From Bacillota bacterium (GTDB lineage: Bacteria > Bacillota_I > Bacilli_A > RF39 > UBA660), in assembly GCA_023391185.1 (NCBI GenBank), contig JAEWBI010000004.1:3107-67106 (forward strand): a DNA stretch of 64,000 bases. The letters run 5' to 3'. The notes beneath the pieces were generated by a model, which searched no databases, was not told the origin of the DNA, and saw nothing but the letters and a program-made list of their open reading frames with translations. The position numbers and the translations under genes were made by a program. The number at the start of each line of letters is the position of its first letter. Positions within the stretch are counted from its first letter, which is position 1. Below are positions 17,467 to 27,116 of the stretch, piece by piece.

Positions 17467-18333
17467 CTATTTTTTTTCATATAATTTAATATCTTCTTCT
17501 GTTTTTTCACTAGTTAATAATTCTTGTCTTAATGAATTTAACTTTTCTAATTTTTCACTAATAGATAAATCATTATTGTTTTCTTTAATTTCTTTTTTAT
17601 TAATTATAACTTCTTTTTTCTTTGATAATTCTTTTTCATCTTCTTTATTGTCATATAAAATAGATTCATCAATTGGTAAATCCTTAAGTTCCTTCATTTC
17701 CTCATCTTTTTTATAATTAATATAATACTTAGTGGCTGTTATAGCTTGAAGAGCACCAGTAATTGCAATTAATGAAGCAACTACTGTTGGACTTATAAAA
17801 GCCATCATACTGATATAACTTATTAACATTGTAAGTGATAAAGATCCGGTTTTAATTTTACCAACAATTGTTGTTCTTGGTTTATTATCATTTAATCTTG
17901 AACGCATATTTATTATTGCGATTACTGCTTCTAATATGAAGTTTGTAATCATTACAGGATTAAAAAATAAAAGCGGTATAAGTAAACTTCCCGCAAAAAG
18001 TTTATCTGTAATGGGGTCTAGTTCTCTTCCAAATTCACTTGTAGCATTGTATTTTCTAGCAAAATAACCATCACATGCATCAGTAAAAGCAAAACCACTA
18101 GTAAATATAGCTGTAAGAATTAAATTGCCAGATAATGCAGCCGGAATGATAAAAAATGGAGCAAAAAGTCTTGAGGCTGTAAAGGCATTTGGTATTTGTT
18201 TATGCCTTGTTTCTTTACTTTTAAACTCTTTAATACATTTTTTTCCTTCTGTGGCAAAAGACTTCCAATTACTAATAAAACTTTCCTTATCATGCTGATA
18301 CATCTTTTTTAATTTGTCTATTTTATCTAACAT
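17467..18333 (-). CDS. CDP-alcohol phosphatidyltransferase family protein with a long charged C-terminal tail
   Basis: Exact DACDGYFARKYNATSEFGRELDPITDK = D-x2-DG-x2-AR-x8-G-x3-D-x3-D motif. Followed by an ~80-aa K/E-rich tail. Confidence 0.85.
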   Translation of the reverse strand: MLDKIDKLKKMYQHDKESFISNWKSFATEGKKCIKEFKSKETRHKQIPNAFTASRLFAPFFIIPAALSGNLILTAIFTSGFAFTDACDGYFARKYNATSEFGRELDPITDKLFAGSLLIPLLFFNPVMITNFILEAVIAIINMRSRLNDNKPRTTIVGKIKTGSLSLTMLISYISMMAFISPTVVASLIAITGALQAITATKYYINYKKDEEMKELKDLPIDESILYDNKEDEKELSKKKEVIINKKEIKENNNDLSISEKLEKLNSLRQELLTSEKTEEDIKLYEKK

Positions 18334-18495
18334 AATAAATCCCCCTTTAAAATGTATTAATTATTGTATCACCTTTTATTTTTTTGTCAAACTGTTTATA
18401 TTGCAGTATATGACAATTGTTGACATATTTCATGCATATTCGCTTTAAAAAAATATTAAAATTTGATATAATTTATATAGAATGGAGGAACTTGA

Positions 18496-21400
18496 ATGAA
18501 GAAACTATTTAAATTATTATTATGTATGGCTATAATTCTTTCTAATTTTAGTCCTCTTTTTGCTAGTAAAGTTAAAGCAGCAGGAAATTATACTGTTGCG
18601 ATTGCTTATGCTGATAAAGATGTTGAACAAGCTTCTTATGATACATATGAGGCTGCTTTAACTGCCATGAATGCCATTAATTCAAATGATCAAGCGGTAG
18701 CAGTAATAAAAAACAGTAGTGGACGTATAATAAATGCTAAGTATGCTATAGCTGAGATAGATTATAATAATTATATAAAAATAACTTCTAAAGATGAGGG
18801 TGGAAAATACATATACTCTACTCCACAAGATGCAGTGAGTGCTACGCCTAACAACGCTAATTTTTTAGCGCTTACAGCTTCAACATGGGGTGCAGATTCT
18901 GCTTTTTTAGACTACAATAATACATACCAAGCGGTAAAGGTTAAAATAAGTGGTTTAACAGGTTGGATAGCACTATGGGATGTAAGTATAATTCCTATAT
19001 CAAGATATTATGATTTAAATAATCCCACAAATTATTCAAATAATCGCGCAACTATAAAAGCATTAAAAGATGCTGTAACTTTAAGAGCCACTCCTTCATT
19101 AAGCGGGCAGCCACTTGGAAAAACTTCTGTTACTGGAGCAAGTTACAGATATTACCCATCTGAAACAACATTAGCAGATGGTTTTACGTGGTATAAAGTG
19201 CAGTATGATGTAGATACAGTAGGTTATTTCGCTGATAATGGGCAGTGGTTTTCAGTAGTAGATACTTTCAAAAATGATACATATTATTATGTTTATAATA
19301 ATGTTCTATATCATCAAATACATATGGGTTATGCATATCCTGAATCATATACTACTTTAGGTGATGCACCTTACTACTATGACACAAACGGTAAGCACTA
19401 TTTATTAAATAATTCTAACGGTGAAAGGTTAGCAGCTAATATTCGTTATTATAGTTTTGATAGTAATTATTTCTATTCATCATTTACAAAAATGATTGAT
19501 GACTATAGAACTGGTATATATACAAATGCAGTAAATGCAAGTTATCCATATTATCCATATTTTATGTATTTGCCAAGTCATGCTAAAACTAATTATGTAG
19601 CTGGAACTTTTGATAATTTAATAACAAAGGCGGGTTATACTAGTTTCCCGGTTAATCCACAAACATATGTTAATCCTAGTACTGGAACATTTTATTCAGG
19701 AAGTGCTCCAGCAAATCAATCGATGATGTATGGCATAGGCTCAACACTAATAAATGTTGCTAATACTTATGGTGCCAATGCTCTTACACTTTACTCGGTA
19801 GCAAAAGTTGAGTCAGGATTTGGAACAAGTGCTATAGCATTTTATAAAAATAATTTATATGGTATGGGCGCGAGTGATGACAATCCATTTGGTAATGCCT
19901 TTACTTACAACACTGTAGGAGATTCTGTTTTAGATTATGCAAAAAAAATAGGACAAACTGATTATGCTAATATATTTGATTATAGATATAGAGGCACTCA
20001 TTTAGGAAATAAATTAAGTGGTCAAAATATTTATTACGCATCTGATCCATATAGTGGTGAAGCAAAAGGTGGTAGTGCTTACTGGGTTGATAGCGCGAGT
20101 GGTAGAATAGATAATAATGCTAATACTTTAGGTGTTACGAGAAGTACATCTGCTGCTACTAAAATATACTCAGAGCCAAATTCATCAAGTGCTGTCATTT
20201 ATGAAACTAAAAATTATTATTCAAACAAGATAATTACTAATATGCCGTTTATTGTAACTGACAAAATTAATGTTATTGAAAATGGTCAACCAGCAATATA
20301 TTATAAAGTGTATACTGATGTTTCATTAACATCTACAAGAGTTCTTACTTCAGATACTAATATTATGTATAATTTTGAAAATTGCTATGGTTATATTAAA
20401 GAAGCTGATTTGTATGTAGCAAATACTCAGCCAACAATTTCTGCTAGTAATAGAACAGTAAAACAATATGACACTGTTAATCTATTAACTGGTGTTACAG
20501 CTAATGATTTAGAAGATGGTACTTTAACGGGAACTGTAACTGTATCTAATAATGGTGGTTTTGATATTGAAAAGCCAGGAACTTATGTTGTAACTTATAC
20601 TGTCGCAGATAAATCGAAATATAGTGTTTCTAAAGAGGCTACAATTACTGTAGAACCTAGTGGTAGACCAACAATAATTGCCCCAAATATAGAAACCCCA
20701 CAGTTTAAGACATTTGATCCTAAAACTGGTGTAACTGTACAAGATATAGATGCTGCAGATCAAAATCTAATTAACGATGTAACAGTAAGTGGTACTGTTG
20801 ATGTTTCAAAAATAGGTGAATATACTTTAACTTACACAGTTATAGATACTTATGGTTCTACTGATAGTAAAACTAGAAAAGTTACTGTAGTTGCAAATGA
20901 AAAACCAGTCATTAATGCAACAAATTTAACTACTTATAAAGGGCAAACATTTGATCCAATGGTAGGTGTTACTGCAACTGATAAAGAAGATGGGGATGTA
21001 TCAAGCTCTATTTCATACACGGGTTCAGTTGATATGTCTACAGTAGGCACATATGAGTTAACTTATACTGCAAAAGATTTAGACAATCAAGAATCTATTA
21101 AAACTGTTACTATTACAGTTGAAGAAAAGAAATATACACCTGCTCCAGGTATGTTTTATTTAAGTAATTTAACTTATAACGAGGATACAACAAAAGTAGA
21201 ATTTACTGGTTATTTAGTAATAAAAGGTATGAATAATACAGTAAGTACGGAAATTTCATATGACATAGTGTTTGAAAATCAGAATAATGGTAATACAACT
21301 ATAAAGTCTTTATCTAGATTAACTAGTAATGTACCGTTTGCTGTCCCAAACTCTGGTGGATTTGATTATTCGGGATCTTGGTTTAAAGAATCGCTTGATT

Positions 21401-22086
21401 TAACAGATTTACCTAGTGGGGATTATACTGTTTATGTAAGAGCTAGAAGTGGTGACTATGAAGCTAAAGTACTTTTAAAGAATGAATACTTTAATACAAA
21501 AGTAGCACGTAAATTTAATATTGGTACATCTGGATATCAATTTAGAATTAATTATTATAATAGATCTTTACCACTTGAATTATTTGTTAGGAAAAATGGA
21601 CTTATATCAAGTGTTAATAATCCGACCATAGATAATATGTATAATCAAGTTTATTCAATTAGCTTAAGTGGTACAAAGCTTATATTAAAAGCATCTTCTC
21701 ATAATGTTCAAGGAAATTATTCATCTAGTCAGAATATTGAAAGAAATATTATGTTTGAAAATGTTAATACTTTAGAAATAGCTAAAACAGTTAATGTTGG
21801 TGCAATCACAAATGGACCATATAAAGTTAACTTAAAAGTTAGTGATGGTTATGATAAAACAAAGGTATGGTATTATACTGGTGATGATGGAATTGATTTA
21901 TCTGATCTTCCAAAAGGAAAATATTCAATTATTGTTAGAACTAAAGCTGGATCTATTGATGATTATGGTGAATTATATGATGTATTATATATGAACATTG
22001 ATCAATCACAAAAAATTGGAGATAAAACAATATCTGTAAAACGAAATAATGATATACGTTATCGTATTGAAATAACTGTAGAATAA
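18496..22086 (+). CDS. Large secreted cell-wall hydrolase: GH73-like N-acetylglucosaminidase with SH3-like, three Ig-like (DUF5011-type) and two C-terminal beta-sandwich-like modules
   Basis: Signal peptide. SVAKVESGFGTSAIAFYKNNLYGMGA is the glucosaminidase motif. Three ~77-aa tandem modules. Duplicated DL(T/S)DLP(S/K)G.Y...VR motif near the C-terminus. Confidence 0.8.
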   Translation: MKKLFKLLLCMAIILSNFSPLFASKVKAAGNYTVAIAYADKDVEQASYDTYEAALTAMNAINSNDQAVAVIKNSSGRIINAKYAIAEIDYNNYIKITSKDEGGKYIYSTPQDAVSATPNNANFLALTASTWGADSAFLDYNNTYQAVKVKISGLTGWIALWDVSIIPISRYYDLNNPTNYSNNRATIKALKDAVTLRATPSLSGQPLGKTSVTGASYRYYPSETTLADGFTWYKVQYDVDTVGYFADNGQWFSVVDTFKNDTYYYVYNNVLYHQIHMGYAYPESYTTLGDAPYYYDTNGKHYLLNNSNGERLAANIRYYSFDSNYFYSSFTKMIDDYRTGIYTNAVNASYPYYPYFMYLPSHAKTNYVAGTFDNLITKAGYTSFPVNPQTYVNPSTGTFYSGSAPANQSMMYGIGSTLINVANTYGANALTLYSVAKVESGFGTSAIAFYKNNLYGMGASDDNPFGNAFTYNTVGDSVLDYAKKIGQTDYANIFDYRYRGTHLGNKLSGQNIYYASDPYSGEAKGGSAYWVDSASGRIDNNANTLGVTRSTSAATKIYSEPNSSSAVIYETKNYYSNKIITNMPFIVTDKINVIENGQPAIYYKVYTDVSLTSTRVLTSDTNIMYNFENCYGYIKEADLYVANTQPTISASNRTVKQYDTVNLLTGVTANDLEDGTLTGTVTVSNNGGFDIEKPGTYVVTYTVADKSKYSVSKEATITVEPSGRPTIIAPNIETPQFKTFDPKTGVTVQDIDAADQNLINDVTVSGTVDVSKIGEYTLTYTVIDTYGSTDSKTRKVTVVANEKPVINATNLTTYKGQTFDPMVGVTATDKEDGDVSSSISYTGSVDMSTVGTYELTYTAKDLDNQESIKTVTITVEEKKYTPAPGMFYLSNLTYNEDTTKVEFTGYLVIKGMNNTVSTEISYDIVFENQNNGNTTIKSLSRLTSNVPFAVPNSGGFDYSGSWFKESLDLTDLPSGDYTVYVRARSGDYEAKVLLKNEYFNTKVARKFNIGTSGYQFRINYYNRSLPLELFVRKNGLISSVNNPTIDNMYNQVYSISLSGTKLILKASSHNVQGNYSSSQNIERNIMFENVNTLEIAKTVNVGAITNGPYKVNLKVSDGYDKTKVWYYTGDDGIDLSDLPKGKYSIIVRTKAGSIDDYGELYDVLYMNIDQSQKIGDKTISVKRNNDIRYRIEITVE
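20431..21126 (+). repeat. Three tandem ~77-aa Ig-like (DUF5011-type) coding modules in the GH73 surface protein
   Basis: Modules start PTISASN, PTIIAPN and PVINATN. Each ends in a G(T/E)Y.(V/L)TYT...(I/V)TV strand pattern. Confidence 0.7.
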
Positions 22087-22089
22087 AAG

Positions 22090-22116
22090 AGAATATACAC
22101 GTGTATATTCTTTTTA
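22090..22116 (+). terminator. Rho-independent terminator after the GH73 gene
   Basis: AGAATATACAC/GTGTATATTCT 11-bp arms followed by TTTTT. Confidence 0.75.
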
Positions 22117-22160
22117 CTTACTTGGAGAAAACATGTTGTTGTGGTATAATGAATAAGGTG

Positions 22161-22652
22161 ATGCATGTGAAAGAATTACTTAAAAATAAAACAATATATA
22201 TAATTGCTTTGATATGTATTATCTTAGATCAAATAGTAAAAATAATATTAATAAATAATTTAACTTTATTTGAAAGAATTCCTATTATAAATAATTTCTT
22301 TTTTCTTACAAATGTAAGAAATGAAGGAGCTGCATGGAGTATATTGAGCGGTAATACTTATATACTGATTTTAACAGGATTTTTAGTTATATATTTATTA
22401 TATAGATTTTTTATCAAAGGAAATAGTTTAAAGAATATTGATAAAGTTATTTATGGTGTTTTATATGGAGGAATTATAGGTAATCTAATTGATCGTATTT
22501 TTAGGGGATATGTAATTGATTATTTAGATTTTATAATTTTTAAATATGATTTTCCTGTTTTTAATTTAGCAGATATTATGATTGTAGTAGCAATGTTCTT
22601 ATTTGCTATTACAATATTAAGAGGTGAAGAAAATGCAAATAGTAATAAATGA
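22161..22652 (+). CDS. lspA: Lipoprotein signal peptidase II
   Basis: NEGAAWSILSG, GNLIDR and FNLADIMIV motifs. The true start is ATG 22161 or GTG 22167 after AAGGTGA. The longer ORF-track start lies inside the upstream terminator. Confidence 0.9.
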   Translation: MHVKELLKNKTIYIIALICIILDQIVKIILINNLTLFERIPIINNFFFLTNVRNEGAAWSILSGNTYILILTGFLVIYLLYRFFIKGNSLKNIDKVIYGVLYGGIIGNLIDRIFRGYVIDYLDFIIFKYDFPVFNLADIMIVVAMFLFAITILRGEENANSNK

Positions 22653-23529
22653 TGAATTAGCTGCAAAACGTTTAGATGTAATTATTACTGAGAGTACCGA
22701 TTATTCTAGAAGTAAAGTGGCAAAATTAATAAAAGATGGCAACATTTTATTAAATAATAAGCAAACTAAGGCTGGTTATGTAACGAGATTAAACGATATT
22801 ATTGAAATTAACTATGTAGAAGAAGATATGACTGCAAATCCTGAAAAAATGGATTTAGATATAGTTTATGAAGATAATGATGTTATGGTAATTAATAAAG
22901 GAAATGGTGTTGTTGTCCATCCAGCACCAGGTAATTATACAGGAACACTTGTTAATGGACTTTTATATCATTCTAATAATTTAAGTAGTGTTAATGGTGA
23001 ATTTAGACCAGGTATAGTTCATAGAATTGATGCTGATACAACCGGGTTACTTATGATAGCTAAAAATGATAAAGCTCATGAAAAATTAGCTAAGCAATTA
23101 GAAGAGAAAACAACCCACAGAGTATATTATGCTTTAGTATGGGGAGTAATTGATAATGAAACCGGTACAGTTGATGCACCAATAGGTAGAGATTCTAAGG
23201 ACCGTAAGAAAATGGCGGTAACTTCAGATAATAGTAAAGAAGCTATTACGCACTTTACAGTTATTGAAAGATATAAAAACGCTACTTTAATAAAATTAAA
23301 ACTAGAAACTGGTCGTACTCATCAAATAAGAGTTCATATGAAATATATTGATCATCCTGTAGTAAATGATCCTGTTTATGGAGGGAAAAAAATCTTTGAT
23401 GAAACAGGACAGTGCTTACATGCTAAAGAACTAGGTTTTATTCATCCAACAACAGGTAAATATATGGAATTTACCAGTGAACTTCCAGAATGTTTTATAA
23501 ATATTCAAGAACAATTAAAAAATGAATAG
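22633..23529 (+). CDS. rluD: RluA-family 23S rRNA pseudouridine synthase (RluD-like)
   Basis: S4-like N-terminus, HRIDADTTGLLMIAKN, and GRTHQIRVH. ATG follows GAGGTGA. Confidence 0.9.
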   Translation: MQIVINDELAAKRLDVIITESTDYSRSKVAKLIKDGNILLNNKQTKAGYVTRLNDIIEINYVEEDMTANPEKMDLDIVYEDNDVMVINKGNGVVVHPAPGNYTGTLVNGLLYHSNNLSSVNGEFRPGIVHRIDADTTGLLMIAKNDKAHEKLAKQLEEKTTHRVYYALVWGVIDNETGTVDAPIGRDSKDRKKMAVTSDNSKEAITHFTVIERYKNATLIKLKLETGRTHQIRVHMKYIDHPVVNDPVYGGKKIFDETGQCLHAKELGFIHPTTGKYMEFTSELPECFINIQEQLKNE

Positions 23530-23538
23530 GAGGAAAAT

Positions 23539-24678
23539 ATGGATAATATAGTCGTAAATGAAAATGATGAATTAATAATTAAACTACTTCATTACTTCAT
23601 TACAGAAGAAAATTATAGCCCAATAGTCCTAAAGGGAGCTCAAAATGAGATATGGCTAGAAAAATTAGATGGTGACTATAAAATTGTAAGATTAGTATCT
23701 AACTATATACATAATAATGAACAGTTAAATGTTGATAGTTATAGAACAGAACAGATTATAAAAAGAATAAAGCAAAAAACTATGTCTTTTAGTATGAATG
23801 CTTTAAATATATATGTTAATTTAGGGGATAATGTTGATATTAGTAAATTTGATACACCAAATATTGATTATGTAAACATAAAATCAGTAGAAGAATTGAA
23901 TAATTTTTCATTTGTTATTGAAGAGTTCCCTTCTATTACAAAGAAGGCTGTTTATAAAGAAAAGGGTATTGATTTATTTATGAAATTAACTAGTGATATT
24001 GGAAAAAAGAATGAAGATGATGCAAAAATGGCTGAAGATGTATTTACAAAAAAAGACCCCATTATTACAAAAATACTATTATTGATAAATACTGTTGTTT
24101 TTATACTTAGTTTTGCTATGGGTCAAGATGAAATTATAAGAATGTTTTCGAACTTCGGACCAGCTGTTAAAGTAGGTGAGTTATATAGACTAATAACAGG
24201 AGCTTTTGTTCATGTTGATGCAATACATTTCTTATTTAACATGTACGCTTTATACATAATAGGACCACAATTAGAGAATTTTTTTGGTAAATGGAAATAC
24301 TTAACAATATATTTAGGAAGTGCTATAGTTGGAAGTTTTCTTTCAATTATGTTTAATCCATCAGTAGTTAGTATTGGTGCAAGTGGAGCAATATTTGGTT
24401 TACTTGGAGCACTAGTATACTTTGGATATCATTACAGGGTATATTTAGATAGTGTTATTAAGTCACAAATTATACCGCTTATCCTTTTAAATTTATTAAT
24501 AGGATTTATGAGTACTGGTATTGATAATGCAGCGCATATAGGCGGCTTAATAGGTGGTGTTTTAGTTTCTATGGCAGTAGGAGTAAGATATAAATCTACA
24601 AATGTAGAAAGAACCAATGGTATAATAATGACATTAATCTTTTTTGGATTTTTGGTATATATGACTTTTTTTAGATAA
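23539..24678 (+). CDS. Rhomboid-family intramembrane serine protease with a cytoplasmic N-terminal domain
   Basis: HFLFNMYALY, GASGAIFGLLG (catalytic Ser) and AHIGGLIGG (catalytic His). Confidence 0.9.
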   Translation: MDNIVVNENDELIIKLLHYFITEENYSPIVLKGAQNEIWLEKLDGDYKIVRLVSNYIHNNEQLNVDSYRTEQIIKRIKQKTMSFSMNALNIYVNLGDNVDISKFDTPNIDYVNIKSVEELNNFSFVIEEFPSITKKAVYKEKGIDLFMKLTSDIGKKNEDDAKMAEDVFTKKDPIITKILLLINTVVFILSFAMGQDEIIRMFSNFGPAVKVGELYRLITGAFVHVDAIHFLFNMYALYIIGPQLENFFGKWKYLTIYLGSAIVGSFLSIMFNPSVVSIGASGAIFGLLGALVYFGYHYRVYLDSVIKSQIIPLILLNLLIGFMSTGIDNAAHIGGLIGGVLVSMAVGVRYKSTNVERTNGIIMTLIFFGFLVYMTFFR

Positions 24679-24751
24679 AACATTATGTTTTATCTTTTTT
24701 AATTTGACAAAATGAATATATAAGATATAATAACTTTACGAGGTGATGATT

Positions 24752-25456
24752 ATGGGTAGATATACACTTAGCATGCTAACCTATGATAATCAAACAATAA
24801 ATTTAAGGTTTAATCAGCAAGGAAAGTTTGAATCAAAAGTATCTTTAAGAACAATTGATAGTTTAACAACACATTTTAAGGATAAAGAAAGTTTAATTGC
24901 AAGATTAAAACAAAATTACATTATTGAAGATATAAATATAACTTATCTGGCTAATAGAATGATGAAAAGTACATATGTAGCTTATGAAGATAAGAAGGAT
25001 TTAGTAAAATTAGATATGGTAGATAACTCTAATATAGATATAAATAACAGTGTATTTAATGGTTATATGTATGACTTTTTACATATGTTGGAAGATAGAG
25101 AATTCTTTCTTTTTGCCATTAATTCTGATTTACTTACATATAAGCAAAAAGAATATTTAGAATTAAGAATTATTAATGGTAATTATGATAAGTTTTATGA
25201 GGATAAAATAAAAAGTTATAGTAGTTCTTATTTACAATTTAGAAATTTATTATTTTTAATGGAACATTATAAGATTAAAAAGCAATTGCCAGAAGTACAA
25301 ATACAGTCTGAAGAGGAAATAGAATATTATGATCCTGACGAAGATAACCTATATTCAGAAGATGAAAAAAGACAATATCAAGAATATATGGATAGTCTAC
25401 CAGATGAACTTCCAGACTATTATGAAGATGATTTTGAAAAAGTAAAAAGAGTTTAA
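24752..25456 (+). CDS. Hypothetical protein with an acidic C-terminus
   Basis: ATG follows GAGGTGAT. Terminator at 25445-25469. No motif recognised. Confidence 0.55.
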   Translation: MGRYTLSMLTYDNQTINLRFNQQGKFESKVSLRTIDSLTTHFKDKESLIARLKQNYIIEDINITYLANRMMKSTYVAYEDKKDLVKLDMVDNSNIDINNSVFNGYMYDFLHMLEDREFFLFAINSDLLTYKQKEYLELRIINGNYDKFYEDKIKSYSSSYLQFRNLLFLMEHYKIKKQLPEVQIQSEEEIEYYDPDEDNLYSEDEKRQYQEYMDSLPDELPDYYEDDFEKVKRV

Positions 25457-25469
25457 ATACTCTTTTTTT
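25445..25469 (+). terminator. Rho-independent terminator
   Basis: AAAAGAGT-ttaaat-ACTCTTTT followed by a T-run. Overlaps the stop codon. Confidence 0.65.
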
Positions 25470-25514
25470 GTTTTCAAGAACAAATGTTTGTGATATAATT
25501 TATATGGTGATAGT

Positions 25515-26414
25515 ATGGAAGGGTATATAAATGATTTTATTGAGTTTCTTGAGATTGAAAAACACTATTCTAAAGAAACGACAGAAAATTATAATATAGA
25601 TTTATACTTATTTTTGGAATATTGTAAAGTAAATAAACTAAGTGATTTTAATAAAATAACTTATGATTATTTGCGAAAATATTTAGTATATTTATCTACT
25701 GTAAAAAAATATTCCAATAAATCTATATCTAGACATATAAGTTCTCTTCATAGTCTATACAATTATTTAATTGATGAGAGAGTAATTGATAGTAATCCTA
25801 TGAATTTAATAAATAGTCCTAAAAAAGAATTTAGACTTCCTACTTATCTTACTACAAATGAACTTGAGGACATCATTAATACTCCTGATAGAACTAAGAA
25901 GGTTGGTAAAAGAGATATATTAATACTTGAAATGTTTTATTCAACTGGTATCAGACTTCATGAACTTGTTAATATAAAAATAAGTGATATTGACTTTATA
26001 AATAAAAAAATAAAGATATTAGGTAAAGGTTCAAAAGAAAGATATGTTTTATATGGAGATAGATGTAAAGATTATTTAGAAGATTATCTAAATAATTCTC
26101 GAAATCATTATTTAAAGGAAGCAAGTGATTATTTATTCTTAAATCAACATGGAAATGTACTTACTACATCGGGAATAGAGTACTTAGTTAAGAAAATACT
26201 AAAAGAAAGTGGTACTAATATTAAACTTACACCGCATGTATTAAGACATACCTTCGCTACACATATGCTTGATGAAGGAGCTGATTTAATGACTGTAAAA
26301 GAATTACTGGGGCATTCTAATCTATCAACAACAGGTATATACACACATGTATCTAATGAACATTTAAGAAAAACATATTTAAGCGCTCATCCAAGAGCAA
26401 GGAAGGAAAAATAA
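25515..26414 (+). CDS. Tyrosine recombinase, XerC/XerD family
   Basis: N-terminal SAM-like core-binding domain. LFYSTGIRLHEL (Arg), GKGSKER, HVLRHTFATHML (H-x-x-R), LGHSNLSTTGIYTHV (catalytic Tyr). Confidence 0.9.
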   Translation: MEGYINDFIEFLEIEKHYSKETTENYNIDLYLFLEYCKVNKLSDFNKITYDYLRKYLVYLSTVKKYSNKSISRHISSLHSLYNYLIDERVIDSNPMNLINSPKKEFRLPTYLTTNELEDIINTPDRTKKVGKRDILILEMFYSTGIRLHELVNIKISDIDFINKKIKILGKGSKERYVLYGDRCKDYLEDYLNNSRNHYLKEASDYLFLNQHGNVLTTSGIEYLVKKILKESGTNIKLTPHVLRHTFATHMLDEGADLMTVKELLGHSNLSTTGIYTHVSNEHLRKTYLSAHPRARKEK

Positions 26415-26415
26415 T

Positions 26416-27039
26416 ATGGCAAAATTATATTTTAGATATGGCGCAATGAATTGCGGAAAGACTACAGCCCTTATACAGGTAGCTTATAATTATGAAGAAA
26501 GAGATCAAAGTATTGTCTTAATAAAACCTTCAGTTGATTTAAAGGGATCTGATCATGTAATTACTAGAACTGGTTTAAATAGAAAAGTTGATAATTTAAT
26601 TAAACCAGATGAATCTATTATTGAGACATTAAAAGAACAATTTAATAGAGTTAATTGTATTTTAGTAGATGAGGCGCAATTTTTAACTGAAAAACAAATA
26701 GAGGAATTATTTGTGATAACGAAGATATATGAAGTTCCAGTTATTTGTTATGGGCTTAGAACTGATTTTAAAACTAATTCGTTTCCAGGAAGCAAGAGAC
26801 TTTTAGAACTTGCTGATGAACTTGCTGAACTTGAAACTATTTGTAGATGCGGTAGTAAAGCTAGGTTTAATGCTAGAAAAGTAAATGGTCAGTTTGTTTC
26901 AGAAGGAGCACAAGTTGCCATTGATGAAATGGATGATGTAACTTATGAATCTGTTTGTGGTAAGTGCTATTTAGAAAAAGTAATGCACTATGAACAAGGC
27001 AAAGTATTAACCTTTAAAAAAAATGATAAAAAAGTGTAA
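26416..27039 (+). CDS. tdk: Thymidine kinase
   Basis: GAMNCGKTTALI P-loop, VDEAQFL, and CRCGSKA...CGKCY zinc site. Confidence 0.9.
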   Translation: MAKLYFRYGAMNCGKTTALIQVAYNYEERDQSIVLIKPSVDLKGSDHVITRTGLNRKVDNLIKPDESIIETLKEQFNRVNCILVDEAQFLTEKQIEELFVITKIYEVPVICYGLRTDFKTNSFPGSKRLLELADELAELETICRCGSKARFNARKVNGQFVSEGAQVAIDEMDDVTYESVCGKCYLEKVMHYEQGKVLTFKKNDKKV

Positions 27040-27116
27040 AAAAGTGACAACATCATTTTTTTTTTATTGCTTCTTTGGTATAATGAAAGCGTACAACAAT
27101 AGAGGGAGAGATAAAA

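Noticed and set aside
22101-22160. N-terminal extension of lspA from GTG 22101 (MYILFTYLEKTCCCGIMNKV...).
   Set aside because: The GTG lies inside the 3' arm of the upstream terminator hairpin, and a TGGTATAAT -10 box lies within the extension. The real start follows the AAGGTGA RBS at 22161/22167.
25515-26414. Tyrosine recombinase as a possible marker of an integrated mobile element.
   Set aside because: Its length and motifs are those of the housekeeping XerC/XerD type. It is flanked by tdk, ppdK and rhomboid genes. I saw no att-like direct repeats, phage, conjugation or transposase genes nearby.
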